Part shown: in pieces, positions 50,075-62,540 of the stretch
Layout of the letters: every line of letters starts with the position of its first letter
Position numbering within the stretch: position 1 is the first letter of the stretch
The notes under the pieces: model-generated
Told to the model about the DNA's origin: nothing
What the model saw: the letters and a program-made list of their open reading frames with translations, nothing else
Database searches by the model: none
Position numbers and translations under genes: made by a program
Assembly: GCF_006345805.1 (NCBI RefSeq)
Contig: NC_043012.1
Coordinates: 32,674,001 to 32,738,000 of the forward strand
DNA length: 64,000 nt
Direction of reading: 5' to 3'
Source: Octopus sinensis
Lineage: Eukaryota

Positions 50075-53000
50075 CATCATCATCATCATCATCATCATCG
50101 TTTAGCGTCCGTTTTCCATGCTAGCATGGGTTGGACGGTTCTACTGGGGTCTGTGAAGCCAGAAGGCTTCATCAGGCCCAGTCAGGTTTGGCAGTGTTTC
50201 TACGGCTGGATGCCCTTCCTAACGCCAACCACTCCGTGAGTGTAGTGGGTGCTTTTTACGTGCCACCCGCACTGGTGCCAGACAGAGCTGGCAAACGGCC
50301 ACGAACGGATGGTGCTTTTTATGTGCCACCGGCACGAGGGCCAGGTGAGGCTGGCAACGGACACGAAACGGGGCGGTGCTGGCAACGGTCGCGAAACGGA
50401 AAGTTCTCTTACATGCCACCGGCACTGGTAATACATCTGCAATTTCCATTGATCGATTTCGATTCTGATCCTCACTTGCCTCAACGGGTCTTCACAAGTA
50501 GAGTTTCGACATGCCACCGGCACTGGTAACACATCCGCAATTTCCATTGATCGATTTCGATTCTGATCCTCACTTGCCTCAACACGTCTTCACAAGTAGA
50601 GTTTTGTGTCCCAAGAAGGGAAGGTATGCATACATAGGCTGGCTCCATCCCATGTAGAAGGCCACGGGTTATGGACTCACTTGTCCTGCCGGGTCTTCTC
50701 ACGCACAGCACACTTCCAGAGGTCTCGGTCTCTAGTCATTTCCTCAGTGAGAACTAAAGTTCGAAGGTCGTGCTTCACCACCTCGTCCCAGGTTTTCCTG
50801 GGTCTGCCTCTTCCACAGGTTCCCTCAACCGCTAGGGTGTGGCACTTTTTCACACAACTATCTTCATCCATTCTCGCCACATGACCATACCAGCGCAAAC
50901 GTCTCTCTTGCACACCACAACTGATGCTTCTTAGGTCCAGCTTTTTCTCAAGGTACTTACACTCTGCCGAGTGTGAGTACTGGCATTACACATCCATCGG
51001 AGCATACTGGCTTCATTTCTAGCGAGCTTACGCATGCCTCAGCAGTCATGGCCCATGTTTCACTGCCATGTAGCATGGTGTTCGTACACACGCATCATAC
51101 AGTCTGCCTTTCACTCTGTGCGAGAGGCCTTTTGTCACCAGCAGAGGTAAGAGCTCTCTGAACTTTGCCCAAGCTATTCTTACTCTAGCAGTTACACTTT
51201 CAGCACACCCGCCCCCGCTGCTGACTTGGTCACCTAGGTAACGGAAACTATCAACTATTTCTAGTTTTCTCCCTGGAAAGTGACGGAAGTTGGTCTCAGA
51301 GCATTTTCAGTGTTTATTGTTCCTGAGCATCTGCCACATACAAAAACCATCTTCCTAGTTAGCCTTCTTTGACATTGCTGCATCTCTTATGTGTCCATAG
51401 CTTACACTTGGTACATCTTATAGAGTTTCTACCTACACCTTTTCTACAGATCGAGCAGGGCCATCTACCTGAAGGTGTTTGTGATTTGTCTACCTTCCTA
51501 CTGATTACGACTTTGGTTTTAGCTAGATTGACTCTGAGGCCCTTCGATTCTAATCCTTGTTTCCACACCTGAAACTTCTCCTCCAGTTCTGATAGCGACT
51601 CAGCATTAGAGCAAGGTCATCAGCATAGAGGAGCTCCCAAGGGCATCCTGTCTTGAATTCCTCCGTTATTGCCTGGAGGACTATGATAAATAGGAGGGGG
51701 CTGAGTACTGAGCCTTGGTGGACCCCTACCTCTACCCGGAATTCTTCACTGTACTCATTTCCAACCCTCACCCTACTAGCAGCGTCCCTATACATGGCCC
51801 ACACAGCTCTCACTAACCATTCATCTATCCCTAGTTTCCTCATTGCCCACCAGATAAGGGATCGGGGGACCTGTCGAAGGCTTTCTCCATGTCAACAAAA
51901 GCCAGGTACAGGGGCTTATCTTTGGCTAGGTATTTCTCCTGCAGCTGCCTTACCAGGAATATAGCATCAGTAGTACTTTTCCCTGGCACAAACCCAAACT
52001 GCATCTCATCTAAACTAACTCTCTCTCATTAGTTGGGCTATGACCCTCTCCGTAACCTTCATCACCTGATCCAACAGCTTGATACCTCTGTAGTTATTTG
52101 TATCTAGGGCATCACCTTTACCTTTGTAGCAGTTGACTATTATACTGCTACACAGTCATTGGGTATGACCCCTTTGTGTATCACCTGATTAACTATACGG
52201 GTGACTAGGCTATAGCCGACACTACCAGACATTTTGAGCATCTCTGCAGTGATTCCTGATGGGCCTGGGGCTTTCCCTGTCTACATGCTTCTAATTGCCT
52301 TAGCTACCACGGAACTATCAACTCGGATAGCTGGTCCCTCTGTTGGGTCAACATTCGGCAGACTCTCTTTATCCATTCATTTTCTTCATTCAGCAACCTT
52401 TCATAGTGGCATCTCCAAACCTCTCTCTTTGCATCCTCATTTAGCGCAAGTGAACCATCTTCCATGCGAACACACTTCTCTCCTACCACATCACGATTCT
52501 CTCTCACACACTGTCTTGCAACTCGAAACACCTCCAGTCTTTGGTCCTCACGGCGCAGAACATTGACAAATTTTTTTCTTATCTGCTTCCCCTCTGGCTA
52601 AATAAACCTGTCTCCTAGCTTCTCTTTTGGCAGTCTGATACAATTCCCTGCTACCCCCATTTTTCCAGACCTTCCAAGCCTGTCTCTTTTCTCTAATAGC
52701 CCTGTCTACAATATTGTTCCACCACCACGTTATTCTAGGTCGAGAGGGGACTTTGCACCAGCCACAGATCTGGTCAGTGGCTCTCAGCAGGTTGTCCCTT
52801 AGAAACGTCCAGCTGTCTTCTACTCCCTGTGATGCTCTATCCCCTTCTACTTCGTCAGAGGCTTCAAGTAATATGTCCCTAAATCTCTGTCCATTTGCAG
52901 GATCTTAAGCTTCCAGATCCTTCTTCTCCATATTTGTCGTCTTCTGGTTGTCCTCCTAGTCCTGATCCTAAAGTCACTAACTACCAGTCTATGTTGTGGG

Positions 53001-53665
53001 GTACATTCTTCACCTGGGAAGGTTTTGGCATTTATAAGCAGCCATCTCTCCCTTTGCCTTGCAAGGATGTAGTCAATTTGGCTGGTATGTTGGCCCGATT
53101 GGTAAGTGACTAGGTGGCTGGTAGGTTTCCTGAAGTTAGTGTTGCAAATCATAAGATTATTTGCATCGCAGAACTCCAGCAGCCTGGTTCCCTCCTCGTT
53201 GCGGGAGCCATAGCCATAGCCTCCATGTACGCCATGGAAGCCCCCAGCATGTCGTCCAACGTGACCATTGAAGTCACCAGCCACAAAGATAAGGTCTCTG
53301 TCGTTCGTCAACGAGGTAGTCTGCAGTAGAGTGTCATAGAATCGGTCTTTCTGTCCATCGGGTAGCCCCGACTGAGGAGCATAGGCTGATATAATGGTTG
53401 CTAAACTATGATGAAGCACTAATCTAATCTTAAGTATTCTGTCACATACTCTGATTACCTCAATTACTTTATCTACCCATTTCTCAGCGATAAGTATACC
53501 CACGCCACCAACCCTGTCAGTGTTCCCTGCCCAGAAAATCTTGTACCTGTGTTCCTTGCTGTGAGGAACCTAGCTGATCCTCCTCTCCACCTTATTTCTT
53601 GCATGCAACATATATCCACACATCTCCGTTCAAGCATCTCGACTATCTCACCAGACCTACCTTTC

Positions 53666-53667
<2 letters not shown>
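50075..53667 (-). mobile_element. Near-full-length RTE LINE (APE endonuclease + RT + PHD-like insert + 3'UTR), frameshifted, lacking the 5'UTR and first codons
   Basis: APE: DICCMQEIRW, AYAPQ, AGDFNGHVG, SQIDYIL, QHRLVVSDF. RT: GVHQGSVLSPLLF and YADD (about 51616-51627). (CAT)n tail on the + strand. (AT)n on both sides. Confidence 0.97.
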
Positions 53668-53714
<47 letters not shown>

Positions 53715-53722
53715 CATATATA

Positions 53723-53865
53723 TAAACTTAAACTTAAATGTTGAAGTGAATCGAACGGCTTTTGTGTGTTTCTTAAATGGCTTACAAACACCTTCCACGC
53801 TGCAATTGTTTTCGTTTCAGCACACAATCTCAGATCAAATCACTTGCTATGCAAGTACATCTCTG

Positions 53866-53868
<3 letters not shown>
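53723..53868. other. Unclassified 146-bp segment between two (AT)n tracts
   Basis: Sharp (AT)n boundaries on both sides. No recognisable ORF or Pol III boxes. Confidence 0.3.
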
Positions 53869-53900
<32 letters not shown>

Positions 53901-54474
53901 GTGGATGTGCATGTTCATGTAAAGAGAGAAAGGGAAAGAAAAAGGAAAGAGAAGAGGAGGGGAAGCTAAATAAGGCATGAAAGAAATATAAATAGTATCA
54001 GGTAATGAGCTGCAAGAAGTAATGAAGTTCGTTTAATATTGTCATCATCATGATTGATCTTCCCAATTACAAATGAGAGCTTCATTAAATTCTATAACAG
54101 ACTTTATTAAGAGAAGTCATTACCAATAGACTTTCTCTTTAGAATCACTCTGCAACTGGCAGGTTTATTCCTGGATTCATTCATCTCTTTGGTCACTTCT
54201 TCATAAGGCTTTAGTTTCTAATTAAATGTACCATAAATAACAGCAACTAATTTAACGTATAGAAGTTGTATCAGTTGACATCTCTTGGTTGCAACGTTCC
54301 CTTTATATTGTGGTTGAGGAATCTTTGCTTTTAACTCTATCAACTTTGAAGACTTGGCTATTTTCATGCTGAAAGAAAATAACAAATAAATTTCAAGACT
54401 TAGTCTTTGGTTATGTAAAAGCACTTGGCAGAATTGTTAGCATGCAAAGCAAAATGCTTAGGAGCATTTCATGT

Positions 54475-54725
54475 TTTACTCTTTTACTTGTTTCAGTCAT
54501 TTGTCTGTGGCCATGCTGGAGCACTGCCTTTTAGTCGAGAAAATCGACCCCAGGACTTATTCTTTGTAAGCCTAGTACTCATTCTATCGGTCTCTTTTGC
54601 TGAAACCACTAAGTTATGGGGGTGTAAACACACCAGCATCAGTCGTCAAGTAATGTTGGGGGGACAAATACAGACACACAAATGTATACACACACACATA
54701 CATATATATATATATAATATATATA

Positions 54726-54764
<39 letters not shown>

Positions 54765-54935
54765 TATACATATACGACATGCTTCTTTCAATTTCCGTCT
54801 ACCAAATCCACTCACAAGGCTTTGGTCGGCCTGAGGCTATAATAGAAGACACTTGCCTAAGGTGCCACACAGTGGGACTGAACCCAAAACCATGTGGTTC
54901 ATAAGCAAGCTACTTACCACACAGCCACTCCTATG
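54475..54935 (-). mobile_element. CORE SINE S3, full length, among S2 fragments (about 54420-55190)
   Basis: Same layout as 9013-9420, with an expanded internal (AT)n. Confidence 0.85.
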
Positions 54936-55604
54936 CCTATAAATATAGAAAGTCGACCTTGGTGGAATTTGAACTCAGAACAAAAAGATAGACGAAATAC
55001 CAGTTAGCATTGTGCCCAACGCGCTAACGTTTCTGCCAACTCACCACGTTATATTCTGTCCTTAAATTCCACTAAAATCGACTTTGCCTTTCATATATTC
55101 GGGTTTGATAAAATAAGTACCAATTGAACACTGGGGTCTATGTAATTGACTTATCCCTTGCTTGAAACTGCTGGCTTTGTATCAAAACTTGAGTCTAATA
55201 ATAGCAGTTTCTTGCATTGTCACAAAGTTAACAAATTTTTATAAAGTGTAATTATAGTTGTTTTAATTTACCCTAGTAAATAACTTCTACTTGCTTTAGT
55301 GACCTTGGTAGCTTGAAAGGGTGAAAGGTAAAATCAATCTCAGTAGTTCAGTTTAAACTACTACTACTACTACCACTACCACTACCACCACCACCACCAC
55401 TACTAGACAGAAAAGGAGTCAGTTAATTAACTAATTAAATAATTAACTTATCAGCTGCTTGACTAATCATTGGATTAACAATCAACCAATTGGTCACTCA
55501 ACCAGTTTCACTGCAACTTTGACAGTGGAACACTGTTAGTGACCAGATCACAATTGTGCAAAAGAAATGCTAACGTTGCACAAAGTAAATTGAGTACAAG
55601 AAGG

Positions 55605-55995
55605 CCTAAGCTTGACAGGGCCTCAAATTTGGAGGAAGGGATTAAGTTGATTATATCGACCTTAGTGCATAACTGGTTCATAATTTATTGACCCCAAAAG
55701 GATGAAAGGCAAAGTTGATCCTGGCAGCATTTGAACTCAGAATATGAAGAATGACGAAATACTTATTTGTTTACTACTCACACGGGGCTAAACACAGAGA
55801 GGACAAACAAGGACAGACAAACGGATTAAGTCGATTATATCGACCTCAGTGCGTAACTGGTACTTATTTAATCGACCCCGAAAGGATGAAAGGCAAAGTC
55901 GACCTCGGCGGAATTTGAACTCAGAACGTAACGGCAGACGAAATACCGCTAAGCATTTCTCCCGGCGTGCTAATGATCCTGCCAGCTTGCTGCCT
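55605..55995 (-). mobile_element. SINE S2 tandem pair: young copy (55763-55995) fused to a head-less older copy
   Basis: Junction GACGAAATAC|TTATTTG at the same position as in 5340-5725. Confidence 0.85.
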
Positions 55996-56140
55996 TTAAA
56001 TTAATAATTAATAAAGCATTTGTAAAGCCTACAGTACTGACAGTTATTTTACATGTGAGAGGCCATTCCATTCCACTGAGTTTTAGTGTAATTTGACGTG
56101 GGTTATTGGGAGTTAAGTGTCTTGGCTACCAACACAATGC

Positions 56141-56428
56141 CCCCCCCCCTCAACTCGAGAACGACCTCCCAGAGGTGTTGGGGGTGCCAATTGGCAAAGA
56201 ACAGTTCTCAACCAACAACTACTGGCTAAAAAAAAAAACAACAACCCGAGCCGTGATGGCTCCAGCCCCCTCCCCCGGGTCAAGTTTTCAGGAGCCGCCT
56301 ACCCAACTTCGCTGTTCCTCCATCATCTGCACATCCTAAGGAAGAGATGGCTGGGGATGGCGGAGAGGCAGGTGGTGATTGAGGAGCAGCACTGACCAAC
56401 AATCCAGCCGGTAGTTGCTAAACAACAA
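56141..56428 (+). mobile_element. Unclassified GC-rich retroposon with (AAC)n tail
   Basis: 11-bp TSD CAACACAATGC at 56130-56140 and 56429-56439. Confidence 0.7.
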
Positions 56429-57619
56429 CAACACAATGCAATATTGTGGACCTCTCAACTGCTTTTGGTTTAAATTTAAACTAAATTTTAGTGCCATTTT
56501 CAGAGACAAAACAGTATAAATAACATTATGTTAACTCATAAATATTTTAGTTGAGATCTGCTCTATTTTCCCCTTTGATTTACAATTGAATCCTGGTTTA
56601 TTGGGTTATTCCACATAATTTCTGCCTAATATTTAGGTTTTATTTTATTTCTTCTTTTCTCTTTTTTTATGTAAATATTAAGAATTTGCAATTTTAACAA
56701 ATATTTTCACTCTCAAAATAAAAATTAAAAGTCAAGAAACATTTCCAAGATTCAAAGAGAAAGTAATTTCTGCATTTTTTTTTTCAATAGCTGACTTTCT
56801 AGAATAACTCTTCTATTTATTTATGGATGTCTGCCAAAATATTCTATGATAAAATGTGTAAATAAACATTACGATTCCACATATCTATAACTGCAGAGAT
56901 ATTACACTGGCATAAATATAAAATTAGACAGCTACTAATAGCAGTCCAATAACAAGGTACTAAAGACTAAATGATATTGCTATTAGTAATAGCTGAAAGA
57001 TTTCCAACTGTGAATTAAAAAGGTAAAAAGTTCTAGTTGACTGGTAAATATCAACTTAACACTGGAAGCTTGATGAGAATTTCTTACATTGGCACAAGGC
57101 CATAAATGTTGGAGAATGAGTATAATTGAATTAGGCAGTGTCATTACTTGATTGGTACCAAATTTATTGATCTCAAAGGAGTGCAAAGGTAAAGTCAAGC
57201 TCGGTGTGATTTCAACTCCAAATATAAAGAGTTAAAAGTAACTCTCACATGGCATGTCTAGCAGCCGTATTCTAAAATTCCAGCTGCCACCTTGGTAATT
57301 GACAAAAACATTAACGTTTTCTATTTGCTTCCATTTGTGAGCAAGCTTCAAATTTAAAACAAGGCTGTGTTTCATTTTATTTTTGGCACTTTAGATATGA
57401 AATAATAATTCTTCATAAAAAATGGTAAAAGTAATTCAAAATAATAAAGGTAAAATATATTTGATTTATTAAATAAATGTTTGAGTGTTTCTCAAAGTAA
57501 ATGAAGGGAAAATCAAATAGGCATAGACATCATTCACATACATGCACATTTATGTGTCTATATGCATGTATACACACACTTACATACACACACGTGTGTG
57601 TATGCATATATGTATGTAC

Positions 57620-57655
<36 letters not shown>

Positions 57656-58329
57656 GCGCGTATGCATATATGTATTATATACATACACACTCATTCATAA
57701 AAGAATGATCATATACATAAATAACAGGGACATTTTCATATGACACCGCCAGAAAATGTTGTTGACACACTATGGCAGAATCGTTTTCACTTCATTGATT
57801 GGTTGAAATTGCCGAAATGTGTCCTTGAATAAAAAACTACAGAATTTTCTCAAGAAAGCCAAGAGAAAAAGATGTTTTATAAACACATTCTACCAGTATA
57901 CGAAGTTTAAAATTTTTTAGTTACAAAGAAATTATTTTAAAAATCTGCCAGTCAAAGCGAAAAGATCTGAAACTCTGCCAAACTAAAACATCCGATTGAG
58001 ATGTGGTCTCCTGACCAACTTGGGGGGCAATAACTACAATAAGAACTAACTCAGAACATGGGGACTCATCCAACCCCACCACATAGAAAATCAAGTTAAA
58101 ATGAAAAGGATTTATTTTAATATATGTGTATATATAAGGCAGCAAGCAGGCAGAAACATTGGCATGCCAGACAAAATGCTTAGCAGTATTTCATATGCTT
58201 TTACATTCTGAGTTCAAATTCCACCAAGGCCAACTTTGTCTTTCATTCTTTTATGGTCGATAAAATAAGTGCCATTTGAACACTGGGATCAAAGTAATTG
58301 ACTGACCCCCCTCTCCTGAACTTGATAGC

Positions 58330-58620
58330 ACTTATGTGGTATACATCACTTTCCACTGAGTTGGTTTCAATGCCTGATCCTGGGCAGTGATGACCAGGCT
58401 TTCAGGGTTCTTTTTAAGGTCACCACCTTTGTTGAGCAACATCCCTGATGCTTCCTGGTCTTTTACGTTGTTAGTCTTGCAGTGGAACTGGCTGTGTAAT
58501 TCCACGTGGAGTAGTGTTTCTTCTCTGTTATTGGCTATTCAGGAGTAAAATTCATTAGAACTCCCAGTTCCATTGTTGGTAAATCTTTCTGCAAAAGCAG
58601 TGTATGGCAGCAGACCTTTT
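58330..58620 (-). mobile_element. R4/Dong-like LINE fragment (post-RT region)
   Basis: Frameshifted LH..QFH..KDQEAS..GDLKK..ESLVITAQDQALK resembles the R4 LHGQF..LK.ETE..AQDQAL segment. Confidence 0.65.
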
Positions 58621-58879
58621 GTTTGCTGTTTACCAAAGTATTCAGTCGAGTTTCTTCTTTCACTGTCGATGCATTCAAATTCTGCTGAAGTTGACTTTGC
58701 TTTTCATCAATATGGGGCCAATAAAATTAGTACCAGTTGAACGATTTTCCTCCATCCTTAAAACTGCTGGCCTGTGCTAAATTTTGAAATCATCATCATC
58801 ATTATTATTCACAAAATTGATAAAAAAATTTATGTATTTCTGTAAATTAGATAGAATTTCTGATTATCTAGTAAAGTCT

Positions 58880-58948
58880 TGAAAGTATATGTGTGTGTAT
58901 ATATATATATATATGTACATATATATATATAATATATATACATATATT

Positions 58949-58999
<51 letters not shown>

Positions 59000-59043
59000 C
59001 ATATATATACATATATATATATATAATATATATACATATATAT

Positions 59044-59089
<46 letters not shown>

Positions 59090-59130
59090 GCACACACACA
59101 CACACACACATATAAATATATATATACATG
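58880..59130. repeat. Long interrupted (AT)n/(AC)n microsatellite
   Basis: Seen directly. Confidence 0.95.
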
Positions 59131-59422
59131 CATTGTAGTTGAGTGTCATAGTTACGTGTTGATACATATTCATTTATTTATGATTCTATTCTAGGACATA
59201 ACAGATATTGATTCTCTCACCAATGTTTTTTTTCTAAAATAGGAATGCAATCTTCACAACCTAAATCTGCTTTATGTAATACTGAAGTTGGCTCTTTTGA
59301 GTTTGATATATTTTTTTTACTTTGTGCATTCTTTAAAGTTTTATTGCAGACAATAGGAAATTGGATTCTTGCACCAACATTTTCTGGGATAGGATTACCA
59401 GACACACACACACACACACACA

Positions 59423-59453
<31 letters not shown>

Positions 59454-59584
59454 GCGCGCACACACACAAACGCATACACACACGCATTTGTTTGTGGAAG
59501 AGGCTGAACTTGCTTCAAATTACATATTTCTTAACATACAGGAGTTTACAAAATATAAAATGAATGACCTTTTATATATATATA

Positions 59585-59745
59585 TGTGGGCACAGGCATG
59601 GCTGTGTGGTAATATTTTTTTTCCCAACCACATGGTTCCAGGTTCAATCCCACTGTGTGGCACCTTGGGCAAGTATTTTCGGCTAATCAAAGCCTTGTGA
59701 GTAGATTTGTTAGTCAGAAATCAAAAGAAGCTCATTGTATATAGG
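59585..59745 (+). mobile_element. CORE SINE S3, 5' half
   Basis: GGCATGGCTGTGTGGT..GGTTCAATCCCACTGTGTGGCACCTTGGGCAAG matches S3. Confidence 0.8.
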
Positions 59746-60019
59746 TGTGTGTGTGTGTGTATATATATATACACATATATAAACATATATATATATAAAC
59801 ATGTATATACATATATAAACATGTACATACATACATACATACATACATATATACATACATACATACATACATATGTCTGTATGAGTTAGAGGTTAAGCAA
59901 CCATCTAAGGGATAGTAAATATCCAATATACTACAGGATGTATACCTACGTATTTATATCCAAGTGCTTACTATTACAGGACAACATCACAATTGAATAC
60001 TAGGTATGGGTGGGAATAA

Positions 60020-60735
60020 AACATACTTGCTATAGACTTCCATCTTTTACGAAACACACTTTGCGACAGACATTTCTTCTTCAGCCTTATTTTCCATTTC
60101 ATGAGGAAAACGAAAAAGTCGATTAGCTCAAGACTGGAGATAAACATGCCTGTTGCAATTCCTTTTACTCTCATCTTCCATACCACCTCTTTCGCCACAG
60201 CAACTACCGAGAGAAAACAGGCTCGCTCCTCCCTATTCAGGGAGATCGGCAGAACTATCTTAATTACAGATAGCTCGACATTTGTACTCTTCTTGAATGC
60301 GACAGCAAGTGTTCGACATAAGCCCAGAGCTCAGTCACCTTGGGGCATTACACAATCGCATGCAGGACAGTTTCACTGTCCTGCTCGCATTTTGCACAAA
60401 CTGGCAAAGGTGCACACCCATGTCTAAAGAGCTTATCTCGAACCGGTAAAGTTCCTCTGTAACATTGCCAGGCCAGGGACTTTTGGTAATTATCGATAGG
60501 ACCCGGCCTGAAGGTTCTTTGGAACAGGTTGGCCAGGTGAACTTCGTCGAAGCCTAGGGTTTCTCCCAGGACATTGTTACACTTAAACTCTACTAACCCT
60601 CTATAGAAGAACGAGGAAGTACCCCTGCCACCGGCATTGCAGTCAGCTGAACTATCTAGCTCTGTTTGTAATAAGAGCTGCAGAAAGAAATCTGCATAGA
60701 CCAGACACATGAAATGTCACACTATCACTTTGTAA
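60020..60735 (-). mobile_element. L1/Tx1-like LINE 3' fragment (zinc-knuckle region)
   Basis: LAWQCYRGTLPVRDKL..CAKCEQDSETVLHAIV.CP (C-x2-C..H..C knuckle), followed by AKEVVWKMR. Confidence 0.8.
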
Positions 60736-60849
60736 CAGTCTTCACTACTAAATCAAATGTTTTCATGTCATCTGTTGAATAGTTTGTAAATCTCTTGCAA
60801 GACGAAATAGCCATTTCCTGCCACATAACATATAGACTATCTCCAGCAC

Positions 60850-60875
60850 AGAGAGAGGGGGGGGGAGATACAGAA

Positions 60876-60970
<95 letters not shown>
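60850..60970. repeat. (GA)n microsatellite
   Basis: Seen directly. Confidence 0.95.
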
Positions 60971-60972
<2 letters not shown>

Positions 60973-61339
60973 ACTGTTATTTAGTAATTTTCTGAACTGT
61001 AAATATTTGACATTATAAAATTTTCTTATCGATAGTTCTAAATTCAATTTGTATACAGCTGTTGCTTATATATTAATTGCTATTGGTAAATATTTACTTA
61101 TTTATTTATTTCAATTATTTATCCTTGTTTAGGCATTTCATTCCGTTTGTATAAAACAATACTTAAATTGTAAATGTCATTGAAGTCACTAAATTATACA
61201 CTACATTAATATCTTTTTATGTATCACTTGTGTGGTTGTGTGTTGCTAGTTTTAACTAGTTTAGTGCCCGTATATATATATATATATATGGTTGTGCTCA
61301 TGTTGTGAAAAGCCATATTCTATTAACAAGCTGACGACC

Positions 61340-62125
61340 ATCACTTCCATCATTGTTTTACATCTGTTTTCCATGCTGGCATGGGTTAGACGATTTGATT
61401 GGGACAGGCGAGCTAGAGACCTACACCAGGCTCTAGTTTGGGCTTGGTTTCTACAACTGTATGCCCTTCCTAACGTCAGCCACTTTATAGAGTGTACCAG
61501 GTGTGTTTTATCTGTCACCAGTTCAGATGTCATTTATGTGTCAGCAGCATGGGTGCCTTTTACACATCACTGACACAGGTGCCTTTAATGAGTCACTGGC
61601 ACTGGCAATGACTACAGTTCACTTGGACTGATATGTCTTCTCAAAAACAGCAAATCACTACAAGTCATGGTCACTTGTCATTGCCTCTATGATGCTCAAC
61701 AACTGAAGATCATGTTTCACCACCTCATCCCACATCTTCCTGGGTCAACCCCTTCCACAGGTTTCCTCCACAGTTAGAGATCAGCACTTCTTTACACAGC
61801 TGTCATTGACCATATGCATCATTTGACCATACCAGCACAGTCTACTCTCTTGCACACTACATCTAATGCCTCTTATACCCAATTTTTCTCTTAAAATACA
61901 CTTGGTTGCACATGCACATCCAACAGAGCACGTTGGCTTAGTTTCTTTTAAGCCTTACATGTCCTCAGTAGTCACAGCTCATGTTTCACTGCCATATAGC
62001 ATGGCCGTTTGTACACAGACATCATACAATCTGCCTTTCAGTCGGAGGGAGAGGCCCTTTGTTACCAACAAATGTAAAAGCTCTCTGAACTTAGCCTAGC
62101 CCATTCTTATTCTAGCAGCTATGCT
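61340..62125 (-). mobile_element. Older 5'-truncated RTE copy (C-terminus and 3'UTR)
   Basis: AARIRMG.AKFRELL, YDVCV and VEETCGRG remnants, plus 3'UTR motifs. Confidence 0.8.
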
Positions 62126-62540
62126 GTCTCTTATTCTTTTGCTTGTTTCAGTCATTTGACTGCATCCATGCTGGAGCACTTTGTTAACAGGATTTTGGTT
62201 GTTGAAGAAATCAACTCCAGGTCTTATTCTTTGTAAGCCTACTACTTTATTCAATTGGTCTCTTAGCTGAACTGCTAAGCTAAGTGGAAGTAAACACATC
62301 AACATTGGTTGTCAAGCAATGTTGGTGGAAACAAACACAGACACACACATAAATATATATATATATATATATATACATACAACAGGATTCTTTCAGTTTC
62401 TGTCTACCAAATCCACTCATAAGGCTTTGGTTGGCCTGGCGTTATAGTAGAAGACACTTGCCCAAGGTGCCATGCAGTGGGACTGAACTTAGAACCATGT
62501 GGTTGGGCAGCGAACTCTTTGCCAGAGCCATGCCTGCACC
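62125..62540 (-). mobile_element. CORE SINE S3, full length, diverged
   Basis: Same layout as 9013-9420. Confidence 0.8.

Noticed and set aside
46291-51275. Differences between the inverted RTE copies as a signature of A-to-I edited templates
   Set aside because: The differences I checked are mixed substitutions and indels without an A>G bias.
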